From the NCBI RefSeq assembly GCF_009914755.1, contig NC_060939.1: DNA of 64,000 nucleotides, one strand, 5' to 3'. The position numbers were made by a program, and so were the translations under genes. Within the stretch, counting starts at the first letter, position 1; each line of letters opens with the position of its first letter. Shown in pieces: positions 10,750 to 22,750 of this stretch. The stretch comes from the human T2T-CHM13v2.0 reference genome, Homo sapiens. The notes below the pieces were generated by a model. The model was not told the origin of the DNA and searched no databases. It saw nothing but the letters and a program-made list of their open reading frames with translations.

Positions 10750-12400
10750 GTTGCCGAGGGCTGCCTGGGCGGCCATCCCAGGACACCAGACCACTCCGCT
10801 CGTATCTCTGGTTACTTCCTGCGCTGGGGAAAAAAGAACACGCTTGCTCTCCTGGGTCCTCGGGTAAACTACAGGCGGCTTCTCCTGGGTTGGAATCCGT
10901 TTTGGCGGTCGCCTAATTCCGCGAGGGCTTTTTTACGGCTTCAAGCCAAGAGCGCTGAAGGGAGGAAAGGTATACTGATGCCGTAGGGCTGAGGGAGGGA
11001 TTCCAGGCTCCTGGGGTGTTCTTCTGCAGCAGGACCCCTCGCTGGCCGCTGCCAGCCCACTTCCGGAGGAGTTGGCCTCGTCTAGCCAACAGTTCAGTGG
11101 GATTTCTTTCTTGGACATAACTTCATATCATTGAAATAGTCTACAAAAGACACCAGCTCAAGCCGCGAGGGCGTTGAATTGTCCGGATTTGGGGTGGCGG
11201 TTAATGCTCCTCTTCTGGTGCCTCCCCCGCTGGGGCCCTGCATTCCATTAGCCCCGCGCTGGGGTAGAGATGCCAAGTTTAGGGGCTGGAGAGGACAAGG
11301 GGAAGGACGAGAGAACTCTTGCACCGACGGATGTAGTTCCAAGCGACCCGAAATGAGGAAAACCCAGAAGGGGCGGACGGAGGGCAAAGTCGGCCCAGGA
11401 CGATCTTCAGGCGCACCATTCTCTCGCCCTGGAGGGACAGGGAAGGGCGGAAGCGGAGGGTGGCTGTCCAGCCGGGAGCCTCTGATCCACGGGGCTTGGA
11501 CCAGCCACCCCACCCGAGGGCGACTGAGGACTGGGCGGCCGAGCTCGCGGCCCACTTAGCTAATGCCGGGTAATGCCGACCCCGGCCCAAGAGCAGCAGC
11601 TGCACTTGGGAAGGAAAACTCTTTAAACAAATCATTTTGGTGTCTAATCAATTAGTGTTTGCGCAGTCAAGTACCGTAGATTTAACAGAATAATCGTTAC
11701 TGCCCTTGTCTTTATTTGACCCGCAGACACCTAGAAGATTTAAAAATGAAACGCCGGTGTTCCGGGCTCCCCACCCGTTGCCTTCGACTCCCTCCGGGGC
11801 CTGCTAGGCCAGGTCGGGGCTTTTGCTTTCTCCAGGCCTAATCTCCTCTTTGCCTCCCTCTTCAACCCTCCTTCCCCTTCACACTTTTCCACACTTTACC
11901 TTGTTTTCTTGCCCTTCCAGCCCTGTCGGCCTTCCGAGTCTCGATCTCCTCATCCCCCCGTTCTTTACCCCCGTGGCTGGCACGAGAAACGGCTTCTGAT
12001 TGTGGGACACCCAGGATTCTGGGCGAGCGCACCTGCCTTTTGGCCTGAGAGCCATCTGGGTGTAGAATTAGGGACTCGCCAAGCGCCCAGTTGTCTTTTC
12101 CCTGGACCCTCACTCTCTTACCCCTTCCTGAACCAGCCCAAGACCCGAGGGGTCCTATGCGAGCTCTTTGGCTTCTGTGGAGCTTGGAAAAGACTTTTAC
12201 CTGCGGGCGGGGTCTGCCTGAGTCTCTCCCGGTAAATGCAGTGACCCACGGCGCAGGACGGGGGTTGAGAGGAAAAGCTGAGAGTATAGCCTTGGTCCCT
12301 AAAACCCGTTTGCAGGGCGGGGAATTGGGTCTAACGGCGGGAGGGAGGATGTTGTGGGGGGAATTCGTGGGGGGCTTCCCAGCTGACTGTTGTGTGGTGA
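10750..12400. promoter_or_regulatory. Upstream CpG-rich island
   Basis: Elevated CpG relative to the AT-rich flanks. Confidence 0.65.
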
Positions 12401-13277
12401 CTGCACTCTCTGATGCATGCTTCTCTGGGCCAGGTTATCTCCCAAGGTCCAGGGGTGCAGCTAGGAGGTTCTCCAGGCGCTTCTGAATTGCTGCTCCTGC
12501 ACCTCCCTCCTCACCCGGAGTCTTTTTCAGGCCTAACAGGTGTGGACGCCTGTGTATGTGTAGACAGTCTGGTTCTGCGCCATGCCTGGCCCTCATGCCA
12601 CCAACGCTGGGTTTCAGGAGCCCCACCAGCCCTGAATCGAGGCTCCACAGGGTTGGAAGGATGCTTACCAGGGCCAAGAGACCTCGAGGTGGGGCTGCGG
12701 GGCAGATGGACCGGTGGGGTGAGGAAGTTTGGGCCACCCGAGTGGCCAAGAACACCTCCACTCCTTAATTCCGCTAATCATTTAGCTCAGCAGGGAGGAT
12801 GAGGTTGGAGGCTGATGCACCCGGGTAGTGGGTTGGTTAAATAAGAGGCTGTAATTCTAAAAGGGGGAGAGGGAGATGAGCTGGAGGTAAAGCTGCATCT
12901 TCCTTTCCACATTTGGGGCTCTGGCTGCCTCAAATTGAGCCTGGAATGTTTATACGCCCCCAGAACTGCCTCGCAGTCCCTGGTCTCCATCAACCACCTG
13001 AGAAACTTCGCTCTCAACAATAGATGATTATAATGTACTTGACTAATGCCTGTATTTTCCTGTTTAACATACATTAATCTGAGTAACAAAAAAAATCAAT
13101 ATTGCTAACAACATTGCAAACAAATCCTGGTCTCTCTCACACAAAAACCTCCTCCGATTTTCAGTCACTCCTACCTCCTTGAATTTTGTTATTCACCTTT
13201 AGTCTACTGGCAGTCCTTGGCTAGTCTAGAATCCAATCCTGGCTGGCTGTCAACAGCCCTTATCTAAAACTCCTGAT

Positions 13278-13400
13278 TTTTTTTCTTTCTCTTTGTCTTT
13301 CTTTCTTCCTTTCTTCGTTTCTTTCCTTTTCTTTCTTTTCTTTTTTCTTTTCTTTTCCTTCCTTCCTTTCTTTCTCTCTCTCTTTCTTTCATTTTTTTTT
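13278..13400. repeat. CT-rich low-complexity tract
   Basis: ~120 nt almost pure pyrimidine on +. Confidence 0.9.
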
Positions 13401-13959
13401 CAGCCGTGAGTGGAATCTGGGACCCTTCAAATGCCATCCTCCTTTCAATTGGGCCATTTGAAGACCTCGAGTTTACCTCAAACTTCATCCCTTCCAGCAC
13501 CAGCAAATGCCCAAAGTCACTGGCCAATGACTTATGCCTTTGTTGTTTTCCTTCCCTAACAATCTCCCTTGTGTGACAGCCACCAGCACCTCCCTAGGGC
13601 AAGAGACCCCACGCTCTGCTCTCACGTAGCTGCCACCTGCAGCTAATCTCAGCTGGCAGTTGTTGAGTTTATGATTCTTATTTTGATTATTTTTAAAAAT
13701 TGGTGTTTTCCACCTGGAAGGAACAAACCGGAAGGACTGGCTAATGAAGGAACTTAGGTTTGCAAAACACCGTGAATAATTTAGTATTGTATTTCAAGGA
13801 AAAAAATAGCTTTCTTAAATCATCCCCGCAATATAAATTGCAGACTTACAGTATGGTCCTGGTAAGTCTAAATTTTTAAAGGAGCAATATTCAAAGAGAC
13901 ATAGATGTCTGTATTAATTATTTATTCGCTGGTGCCTTCCTTCGTTTCTAACTTATTAT

Positions 13960-15400
13960 TAATTAGGCGCCTCTAGTCTTTCGCAGAGCGCTCCACTGAG
14001 CCGGTTGCAGCTTTAAATATGAATTAAAAGCAAATCCAAGCTACTGTAATGCGAAAATTATTCCGTGTCTTGCATGGCAGAGATGAATAGCTGCGTGGAT
14101 CAATACCGTGAAACTCGGCTCCCAACGACAGGGTTATTGATAGCTTATATTAATGATGTTAATGATGGAAAAAGGAAAACAACGGCCCACCCGACTTAGA
14201 AACTTCTTAGCCGCTGAAACCCCGCAATAAAAACGGGAAGGGGGCAGGAATCGGGCTTAAGTGTAATAAGAAAATTATTTATGAAACCGGATAAATGACT
14301 TCAGAGCCTTGATGCATTTGAACCTAACGCTCTCGGCTCCTGGCAGCCCCGGCTCCAGCTGGGGAGACCGCGAAAACCCCAAGCCACGGAGAGCTGGGGG
14401 GCGGGGGGCGCTCTGCTTGCCTAGGCAGCCTCCGGCTTGCCGCCCCTCTTCCTCCGTCCCCGCCGGAAGAGCCCTCTAGGGCGCTGCTCGCAGAAGCTTT
14501 GGAAAGTTGGTGGAATGGGGCAGGGACAGAGTTGGTCCCTGCTGTCCAGGCGGGGACAGAAAGCCGGGTTAGTGGTGCCCAGCGGTCTGGGATTTGGGTT
14601 CACTTTCTTCACTGGTTCTCTTGGCACCCGCTCAAATTCTGCGGTCTTGTCGGGGGCCCAGGTCGGGCTCTGCACTGTGGCCTCCTGCCCATCTGGCCAA
14701 GGCTTTCGGGATCCCCAAAATGCAAACGGGTGGCTGGTGCCTGAGCAGGAGAGGGAAGGCTTTATATGAAGAGAAACCGTTCTAAACACGGTAGGAAAAC
14801 TGGAAAAGGCGCTCACCCTCCTCCCCCGTCCCCCGTGCCTCCGTGGGTTCTTTACCAGGCCCGGGGTTTAATTGGGCCTTGGCATAAGGCTCCCAGCAAG
14901 CGCGGGACATTCTAGGCTAGCTGTTCCCGGGCTAGAGGAGAGTGAGCGCTCAGGTCTGGGCCCAATTCTCCTGTAATTCGGCACAGGCGCCGCCCCCACT
15001 TACCCACTGGCCCCAAATATCGACCCACTCTCGGTTTTCCCCTAGTCAAGGGCCACTGAGAGGGAGGAGGAGAAACAGAGGGGGTGGGGGAGCGAAAGGT
15101 TAAATCCTGACCCTGGAGGACCGCGGGAAAGTTCAGAGCCCGAGGGTCAATCTCAGGCCCGAGTTCCCATCCCCCACTGCTGGGGGTAGAGCCGCCAGGT
15201 CCCCTCCCCCTAGCTAGGGTCCTGGGCCCTTGGAGGCGAAGCTGAGTGAGGGAGAGGGGCGACCCCTGGCCGCAGTGGGATGGGGCGATGCAATGCTAGG
15301 GTAGCCGGTGGTGTCCCGGCCTGGCGGTGTGGTCGGGGGTGCCCTGAGTCCAGTCTTTCTGATTGGTGCGGAAAGTTGAGGAGCTTTTAATTTACACAGG
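13960..15400. promoter_or_regulatory. Upstream CpG-rich island with homeobox/ONECUT motif cluster at its left edge
   Basis: CpG-rich; GGATCAATA 14097-14105, TATTGATA 14135-14142, several TAAT cores. Confidence 0.6.
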
Positions 15401-15544
15401 GGCTGTCATTTGCTCAGTGCCTCAGAAGGGAGGAGAGGCCGTCTGGTACTGCAGGCAAAGGCCCAGGTGGTCCACCAGGGCAATTACAATTTCCTAGAAA
15501 AGACCGGGTAATTTTGTGTTTTTTATTAGGTCTTTTAAGAGCTG

Positions 15545-15775
15545 TTTTTCTTCCTTCTCTCCCTCCCGTCTTCCTTTCTCTCTCTCCCTTTTACTCCCTT
15601 CCTTCCTTTCTCTCTCATTGGTTCCCTCCCTCCATTCTTTTCTTCCTTTTCTATCACTCCTTTCTTATTTTCTTCTCCCTTCCCCCCTCCCTCCTTTTTT
15701 CTTTCTTTTTCTCCACCCCTGTCTTATTCTTTCCTTCTCCCTAGCTTTCTTCTCTCATCCCCTCCCTCCTTCTCT
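15545..15775. repeat. CT-rich low-complexity tract
   Basis: ~230 nt pyrimidine-rich run on +. Confidence 0.9.
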
Positions 15776-16962
15776 ACAGGGGAGCCTGGTGCAGGTCTCT
15801 GCACCTCCAGACTTTTATATGAAGGGTGCCAGTCCATTTGGCATGACAAACTAATCCTGTTTCTGAAAAAAAGGAGAAAGAAAGGAGAGTGCCAGGTGAG
15901 CCTCAGGATGCAGAGGCGGCACCTAAGCTTCTGGGGCCCTTTCGCTGTAACTGGCCTTTCCTGATATTTCTCAGTTAGGCTTCAGTCCATACCCTGTGCA
16001 GGGTCGTGCCCCTTTCCTGAGCGTGGTACATTTCTGACATCCGTGGAGGTTGCATTCCTCTTGCTAAGTAATATTCCCACGGTGCCATCTGGGCCCCTGA
16101 CATCAGCAAGATTTGGGGGTTGTTTTTATTTTTATTTATTTGATTTTATTTGGAGAAAAACTTGAGCCTGTCAATCTCAAATGCTGTAACCCCTAAAAGC
16201 ACCGTCAGAGCCTTAAATCTAGTCTAGGGCACCGGGGCGGCCCATTCAAATCACTGTCTCAGACAAAACCCAAACTTCCTTCCACCCAGGAAAAATCCCT
16301 TGTCAGCTATCTGGCTTCAAAGTCCACAACGTGTTTCAGATAAGCACCAGCCTGCATAGACGCAGCCCCGTTGCCACACAGTCTAAAAGAAAACAGCCCT
16401 TCTTCAGAAAGGAAACACAACAGCCACTACAAAAAATCACTGGATTCTGGAAAAAAAATCAATATCAAAATTAGATTTATTGTCTGCTTATGTGATTAAA
16501 AATGACAAAGTGTTGCCTCTTATTTTCATAAAAAGAGAGAAGGCTGAACAAAATAATTTACTATCGAGTTGTGCTCGTTTCATTTGCCTGGCAAAACCTG
16601 GAGGAGGCCTGTAGGCCGTTTGTGGAGTGCAGTGGCAGAACCAGAAGCCCACTGCGCAGGAGTGAGCTCGCTGTCAGAGGATGTGTGTGCTACAGTGTCT
16701 GAGAACAATTTCCTAATCCCCAATATGTGGCCACGCTGGTTCAGCTGAGCAGGTCTCAGTTCTGCCTCGTTCCAGAGAAATACAGGGTGATCTGTCCCTT
16801 GCTCACAATTTTTTGATTCAAACCCAGACTCCAGGTCCTGTTCTTCCAAATAACTTTCAAGATGACACTGCTGTATTGGTTTCCGTCACAGTCTTCCTGG
16901 TTCGCTTAGCCACCGCCTCCCAGATCCGCATCCAGCCTTCGATCCTGCGAAGAGCTACGCAG

Positions 16963-16965
<3 letters not shown>

Positions 16966-17005
<40 letters not shown>
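16966..17005. repeat. (GT)20 microsatellite
   Basis: Uninterrupted GT dinucleotide run. Confidence 0.97.
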
Positions 17006-17007
<2 letters not shown>

Positions 17008-17302
17008 GACTGCTTGGCCCGGGCCGGGCTCTCTTTCCTGGGAGGCTCTCAGGGTTTCAGTCTAGGCTGGAATCACTCAAACTGGGTTTCCGAAACCTCT
17101 GTGGGCTGGATTCCTCAAGTGTGGCAGGCGGAGAGCGCATTCTAGGAAAACGACTTCATTGGGAACGTGCTGATTACACGGACGATGGGGTTATTTATCT
17201 ACGTTAAAAACAAAAAAGGAAAAACTAAAAAAATCCGGTGTGTATCTCATCTTACACTCCCCTTCCGTTCCCCAAGCCGAATCAGACTACCCGTGTCTTT
17301 CC

Positions 17303-17323
17303 GCTGCTGCTGCTGCTGCTGCT
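17303..17323. repeat. (GCT)7 trinucleotide repeat
   Basis: gctgctgctgctgctgctgct. Confidence 0.95.
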
Positions 17324-18190
17324 CTTGGGTTAGGGTCCATGTGAGCAGCCAGGGTTCCTATTCATCCGCTGCCTTCCTCCGGAACAAAGTGGCTCCCCAT
17401 CGTGCCAGGGGTCTTGGAGCGAGGCCCGCGAGAGTGCAAATAGCTTCACTCACACTTAACAGCACCATTGGAAAAATAACTACCAAGCCGGGTCCCTGAG
17501 AGTCCCTAAACGTGCCTTCCGATTTGGAACTGGCGTTGTTTGGCGGGTTGCACACGCCAGGGACTAATTTGTACAGGCGTTAATTGGTCCTCCGTTTGTT
17601 CTGAAGCCAAACCCAGAGGGTTCATCTCCTGGTATTGATGCAAATGAAACCCAACCAAACAATCTCCTCCATAGAATCCCCAGGGGGCATGGCTCCTGCA
17701 AGGTCGTCCTGGCCTCCCCTTGGGGTCCAGGGCTTAAGGAGAAGCGGATATGGTCCCTTGTTACTTGTAAAGGTGACAGGCCCCGCTGGACGCCAACGCT
17801 GGACTAGCAGTGGCCCAAGACCCGCCAGCTCAGCAGCCGCCTGCTGTTAGGCTCGACTTTTGTCTCTCTTCGCCCCCCGTCGTGCGGGGCCAGAACACCC
17901 TTGAGTCAGGGCGTCTTTTCCCCAGATGCTGGAAGGGAAGTGGCAAGGGAGCCTGGATCCCAACAGACAGGCCTGACCTGCCCGCCTCTGGGATGGTGAA
18001 GGCAGCCAGAGGGTCGGGCGTCGGGTGGCCCCTGCTGTGGGGCAGCTCCAGCTCCTTTCTGCGTCAAGGTAGATTACTCCACTAGCTTCCTGGGGAACAA
18101 ACCCAGCCTTTCCTATTGCCCTGCGGGCCCCTGTCTAGCCTCGTCTCCCAACCCGCCTCCCTCTGCAGACTCTAGCACCCCGGAGCTGCC

Positions 18191-18210
18191 GGGCCAAGGG
18201 TCAAAGGTCA
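18191..18210 (+). promoter_or_regulatory. Nuclear receptor DR1 element (HNF4/COUP-TF/RXR type) with a third in-register half-site
   Basis: GGGCCA-A-GGGTCA-A-AGGTCA. Confidence 0.6.
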
Positions 18211-19899
18211 GGCCTTCTCTAGGCCCAGACTTCCTTTCCGCTTGGGCTGGTGTGAGTGCACGAGTCGCCCAGGCCTATCATTCCCGCTGGACGCCCATTT
18301 CCAGAGTGAACAGGCGCATACCCCAGAGCTTAACCTTCGCTTCCCAACTTAGCCGCTCTGCTCTTTGATTATGTGGGGTCTTGATGGGGGTGGAGCAGTT
18401 TAATTTAGGAAATTATATCCAGACCATAAAGTGACCTATCTGGACATTTTAGGAGGTTTTTTGTTTGTTTTTGTTTTTGAGATTTTAATGATTTCTCTAA
18501 GCTTAAGCAAGTCAAGGTGGCTTTGACCACAGGACTGAGGAGGAGTCTCCCATTGCATCATTTCATTGCCCCAACCTGGCCACAGCTGGAAAGAAGTTGC
18601 CAGAAGGGATACAGGAAAAGCAAACGAATGCCCAGCCCTTCAAATAGACAGTTCTGTTCCAAAGGGGCCGACCTATTGCCTGAGTGGGGGCAAGGCTGGG
18701 AGAGTAAAAAGCAGATTTCTATGCATGCTCATGTGGCCCAATGTAATGAACACATCTCTATCAATTTCTGGAGGCAGAAGGCTCAATTTATTTTGGTTTT
18801 AGTGGTGGAAAGTCCTCAGCCTTAGCTCTGACTGATGACAGAGCAGCCGAGTAGTTAGAATTCTCTCTCCAACGAAAGCGATGGTCAATAGAATTCTCAG
18901 TATCAAATGAGCAATAATTTGCTGTGGCTACATGCTGGATAATGAAAGATGTTAGCAGGATCAATAAAAAATGAAAACACTTTTACTTACATCTTGAGTT
19001 ACTGTTTTAAGAGAGCGAGAGATGTAACAAACCCAAAGCCAGGTTCAGAGCCACCCAACACACCCCTCAAAACCCCAAGGCACACAGTTTTGTCACCACC
19101 TGACTGGCCCTTCCAGAATGCCAGGCCTCCACCTTTTCCCTCAGGAGAGTAGATTATTTACATTAAATTAACCCTGTAGAGACCAGTAATAATTTAACTG
19201 CCAGGGTTTAAAATTTTTCTTTTGTTTCCTAAAGCCAGGAATACATTTTAAATTGTTTTCCACCAGGATTAAAGGTCACGTAATAGGTTGCAGTTTACCA
19301 AAAAAGTGTGCAAGTGTCCCAGAGCTGATCTGTCTGTTGAAATGCCTCAAAATGTGCATCTGACCCAGATGCCTAGGAGGGCAAAAGAATAGATTTAATT
19401 CCTTTGGATTTGTTCTGTGTTGCCATTTAATCTGTAAAGTTCAGACCCTAAACTCGATTTTTTCCAGACAAGTTAATTCCCCCATCTTCTTTCATAATCA
19501 TTTCATCTGTTTAATTTGTTTTCCATTTGGATTGGGTTTATTTGTACTTTCCAGTCTGCTTTTCTCACCACTCAATCCCAAACGTTTTCTTACATATCTG
19601 GTTGTTAAGGAACATACTGTGAAACAATCAGAGACACATTCTACATTTTTAAAAGATACCAAGACGTAAAAGACGAGAAAAACATCCCGGGTGCTCTGCA
19701 TAAACCACACGCAACGAAAAAGCTCACCGCCAGACAGCTTCCAGCACTCGAACCAATACAAGTAAAGCACATTTGCAAATGTGTTTGACTGTTTTTGTAG
19801 GTTTAAGAAGACTACGTTTTTCTGACCACTTCAAAAAAACAAACACGAATTCAGCCGCTGCTTTAATAACCTCTGACCAGAGGAGCTGATTTTGCCACC

Positions 19900-22750
19900 G
19901 AGTTATCGGTCAGTGCTGCGAGGTCAGTGGCCTGTGATCATGTTTATAGCAGGTTTGGCTTGGATTTGGTGACACAGCCAGCAAACCTGGGAGATTATGA
20001 AACCGTGAACCAGCCCAGGGAAGTGTAGTCAAGTTTCAGTTTGGGCATTTCTCCGGGTGAGGGAATCCGGTGGGCTCCATTTCTACAAGGCTCACAAACG
20101 CAGGTGCAGTTCGGCCGCCGCACGCTGCCTGGCGGGAGAAACGCGCACAAACCGCAGACGCGTGCTCCTGTAGTTGCCACTAGCTCGGGGCACGCCCGTG
20201 TTATTTACACCCTGCTCGGGGGCCCCCCTCTCATTTGTTACTTTAAACTCATGGGGAGGAACTGTTAGCTGCCGTGGCGGGACTGGCAGGCTGGGAGGGG
20301 GGCGCCCCCGCTCGGCTCCCGGGCCGTGACGCGGCCGCTGCCCTCCGCCCCTGGCTTCCACCCTGTTTGCATGGCCACAAGCTCAGCGGTGGACCAGCGT
20401 GGCCAGGCCCCCGGAGCCCTTGCCCCGGCCTACCGCCCCTACTTCTTCCCCCTCACCACCCCCCCCAAACGCTTGTGAGACTGGCTTACCCTGGTGGGCG
20501 AGTCGCAGCGCATTAGCGGATTTCATGGCAAGTTGCTTCTGTGACATGAGATCAGGTTCGCGTTCGAGGATTTGCCCCCTAGGAGGGAAGGAAAGGAGAG
20601 TCAATCTGCATAATTTCAAATGAGAAATAAATAGGGAAACAGGGAACTGAATTTCAAGCCCCCTAATTCCTCCCTCCCCCCGAACCTGTGAGCCACCCCG
20701 CACCCCCCACAACACGCCCCGTGCACAGGTAAAAAAAAAAAAAAAAGTAATCAGCACACGTCGCAGGTGATACCTTTTATTGTGCTCATTTTAAAGACAG
20801 GAACAGGATGGCCTCCTGCCCGAAGACTTTCTCTGCAGCCAGGCCCGGGGCAGGAGGGTCAGCTGGGCAGCATCCGGGCCCGCGGATTCCTGCAAGGTCG
20901 CGAGGTGAGAGGTGCGGGGAGGATAGACCTCGGGCTCGGCGCACAGGGTCTGGGCCAGACGCACAAGCCCAAATTCCCTCCAGCTTCTTCGGCTCCATCT
21001 TTAAGTCCAGGCAAAGATCAATTCCCTCTCTCTCTTGAACACACACATTTGCAGCCATAAATAAACAGCTCCCAGCTAAATCAGGAACCGGAGAGGAGAA
21101 AGGGAAAAAGAAAGGAGAAAAGAGAAGGATTGAGAACCCAAGCGCGTGTCTCGCCTCTTCCGGGCGCCGAGTGGCTCTTTTTGGTCAGGCCAGCCTCGCA
21201 TTTGGGGATGCAACTTGCATTTGAATAGCTGCCTGGGCTTGTTATGGACCCGGGAAAGCTCTGAAAGGGAATCACTATGCAAATTGTCCCAGTTACAATC
21301 GAAAGGTTCGATCTCCAGGAGCTGCCTGACGGAAGTTGATGTCAGCTATCTATGCATTAGGGTTGCATTACCGCCTTCGTCGGCCTCCTCGCCACCCCCG
21401 CTCGCGCCTGCAGGGGAGGCTTTTTTTTTTTTTTGCTTATGTTTATATTTTCCCTCAGTAATTAAAAAAAAATAAAAAAAGAAAATAAAAGGCTGAAGGT
21501 GGTGGCATAGCTGGCTAGGGCCTGGGAGGCCCACGGGCTGAGAGGGGAGGAGGTGCGGAAGGGCGGGGTTGGGTGGGGGGGGGGGTCGTTCTTTTGCAGC
21601 AGGTGTTGATGGTGCGTTTGAAATCAAACATTTAGATTTTTTTTTCGCTTTGCCGGACGAGGCGGCGGCGGCGGCGGCGGGGGGTTGGGGCGGCGATGTC
21701 TGCCTCCTCCCGCCCGCTTGATCCTACAATGCCGGCTGCGGATCAATACCCGCTCACTGTAATCCCAGTAATTGTAGGGCTCGCAGCTTTTATTTTAAAG
21801 AAATAGGACACTAGGGCGCCGGCAGGCGGCTGAGGCAGAACGGTTGGGCTGCGGTGCCTCCGGGGGCCTTTTGGGGCGCCTATCTTTTACCCCAGAGCTC
21901 AGAAAGCTCCGGGCAGCGGGGTGGTGGCGGGATGGCCAGTAGCCAGGGCCCACCTGGCGGCCCGCCGGGATGTGGAGGCCCACGTGGGTTCCGGCCCGGC
22001 ATGGCGCTGGCGAGAAGGCGCCGCTGGGCGCGTAGGGTAGGCAGCACGCGGGATTTAGCCTTTTCCCGACCTGCGCGCGGGCCCTGGCGGGAAGGCCAGG
22101 TCCGGGATGGGCGTCTTGGGCTTGGGCGCCGACTGTGGGCGGTCTTGGCCCCAGACCCCGACGCGTGGGGACCCAGGATGCTGGAACTCAGGCCTTCGGC
22201 CTAGAAAGACAGAGGTTTTGTCTCCTTTCTGCCGCCTTCCAGGGCCGGAGGCCGGGCCAGGCTCCCGGGTGGCCTAGCTCGGGCCTAGTCTGCGTCTGGC
22301 CCTCGGTCTGGGAATTGGCAGGGACGCTAGGACCTGGTGATCTAACGCCCGCGCGGCCTCTTACGCCGGGGTTTCCTCCAGGTGCTCGTTGCCACGCGTT
22401 CGCCCGACGCCCGCAGATCCCGTCGCGCCCGCAGGCTAGGCCAGCTCCGCAAGCCGCCTGCTACCTCTGCCGCCCGCCCCTTGCTGGCAGAGTCCGGGCA
22501 GGACTGCCGGGGCCTGGGGCCGCAGTCCCCGCGCCGCTGGCCGCCCGCAGCTTCTGGCGCCCCCGAAAATGACCATCTGTCATTCAATTAAGGTTTCAGG
22601 GCAGCTGATGGGGGAGCCAGGGTCAGCGACCCCAGGACAAAACGGCCTGCTGCCTCGGATAGGAGAAGTTCAAATGTTAAATGCAGAATATTGTGCCCTC
22701 TCCCAGTCCGGGGCCCCACCCGGCCGCAGGTCCGGCCAGTGGACAGCAGT
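19900..22750. promoter_or_regulatory. Distal CpG island ~14-16 kb upstream; last island before the AT-rich, repeat-rich desert
   Basis: Dense CpG, (GGC)6 at 21661-21680, G-runs at 21561-21585, abrupt fall in CpG after ~22750. Confidence 0.8.

Noticed and set aside
13401-13411. CAG-CC-GTGAGT as a recursive splice site or microexon
   Set aside because: AG and GT are 2 nt apart rather than juxtaposed; no support for a host transcript
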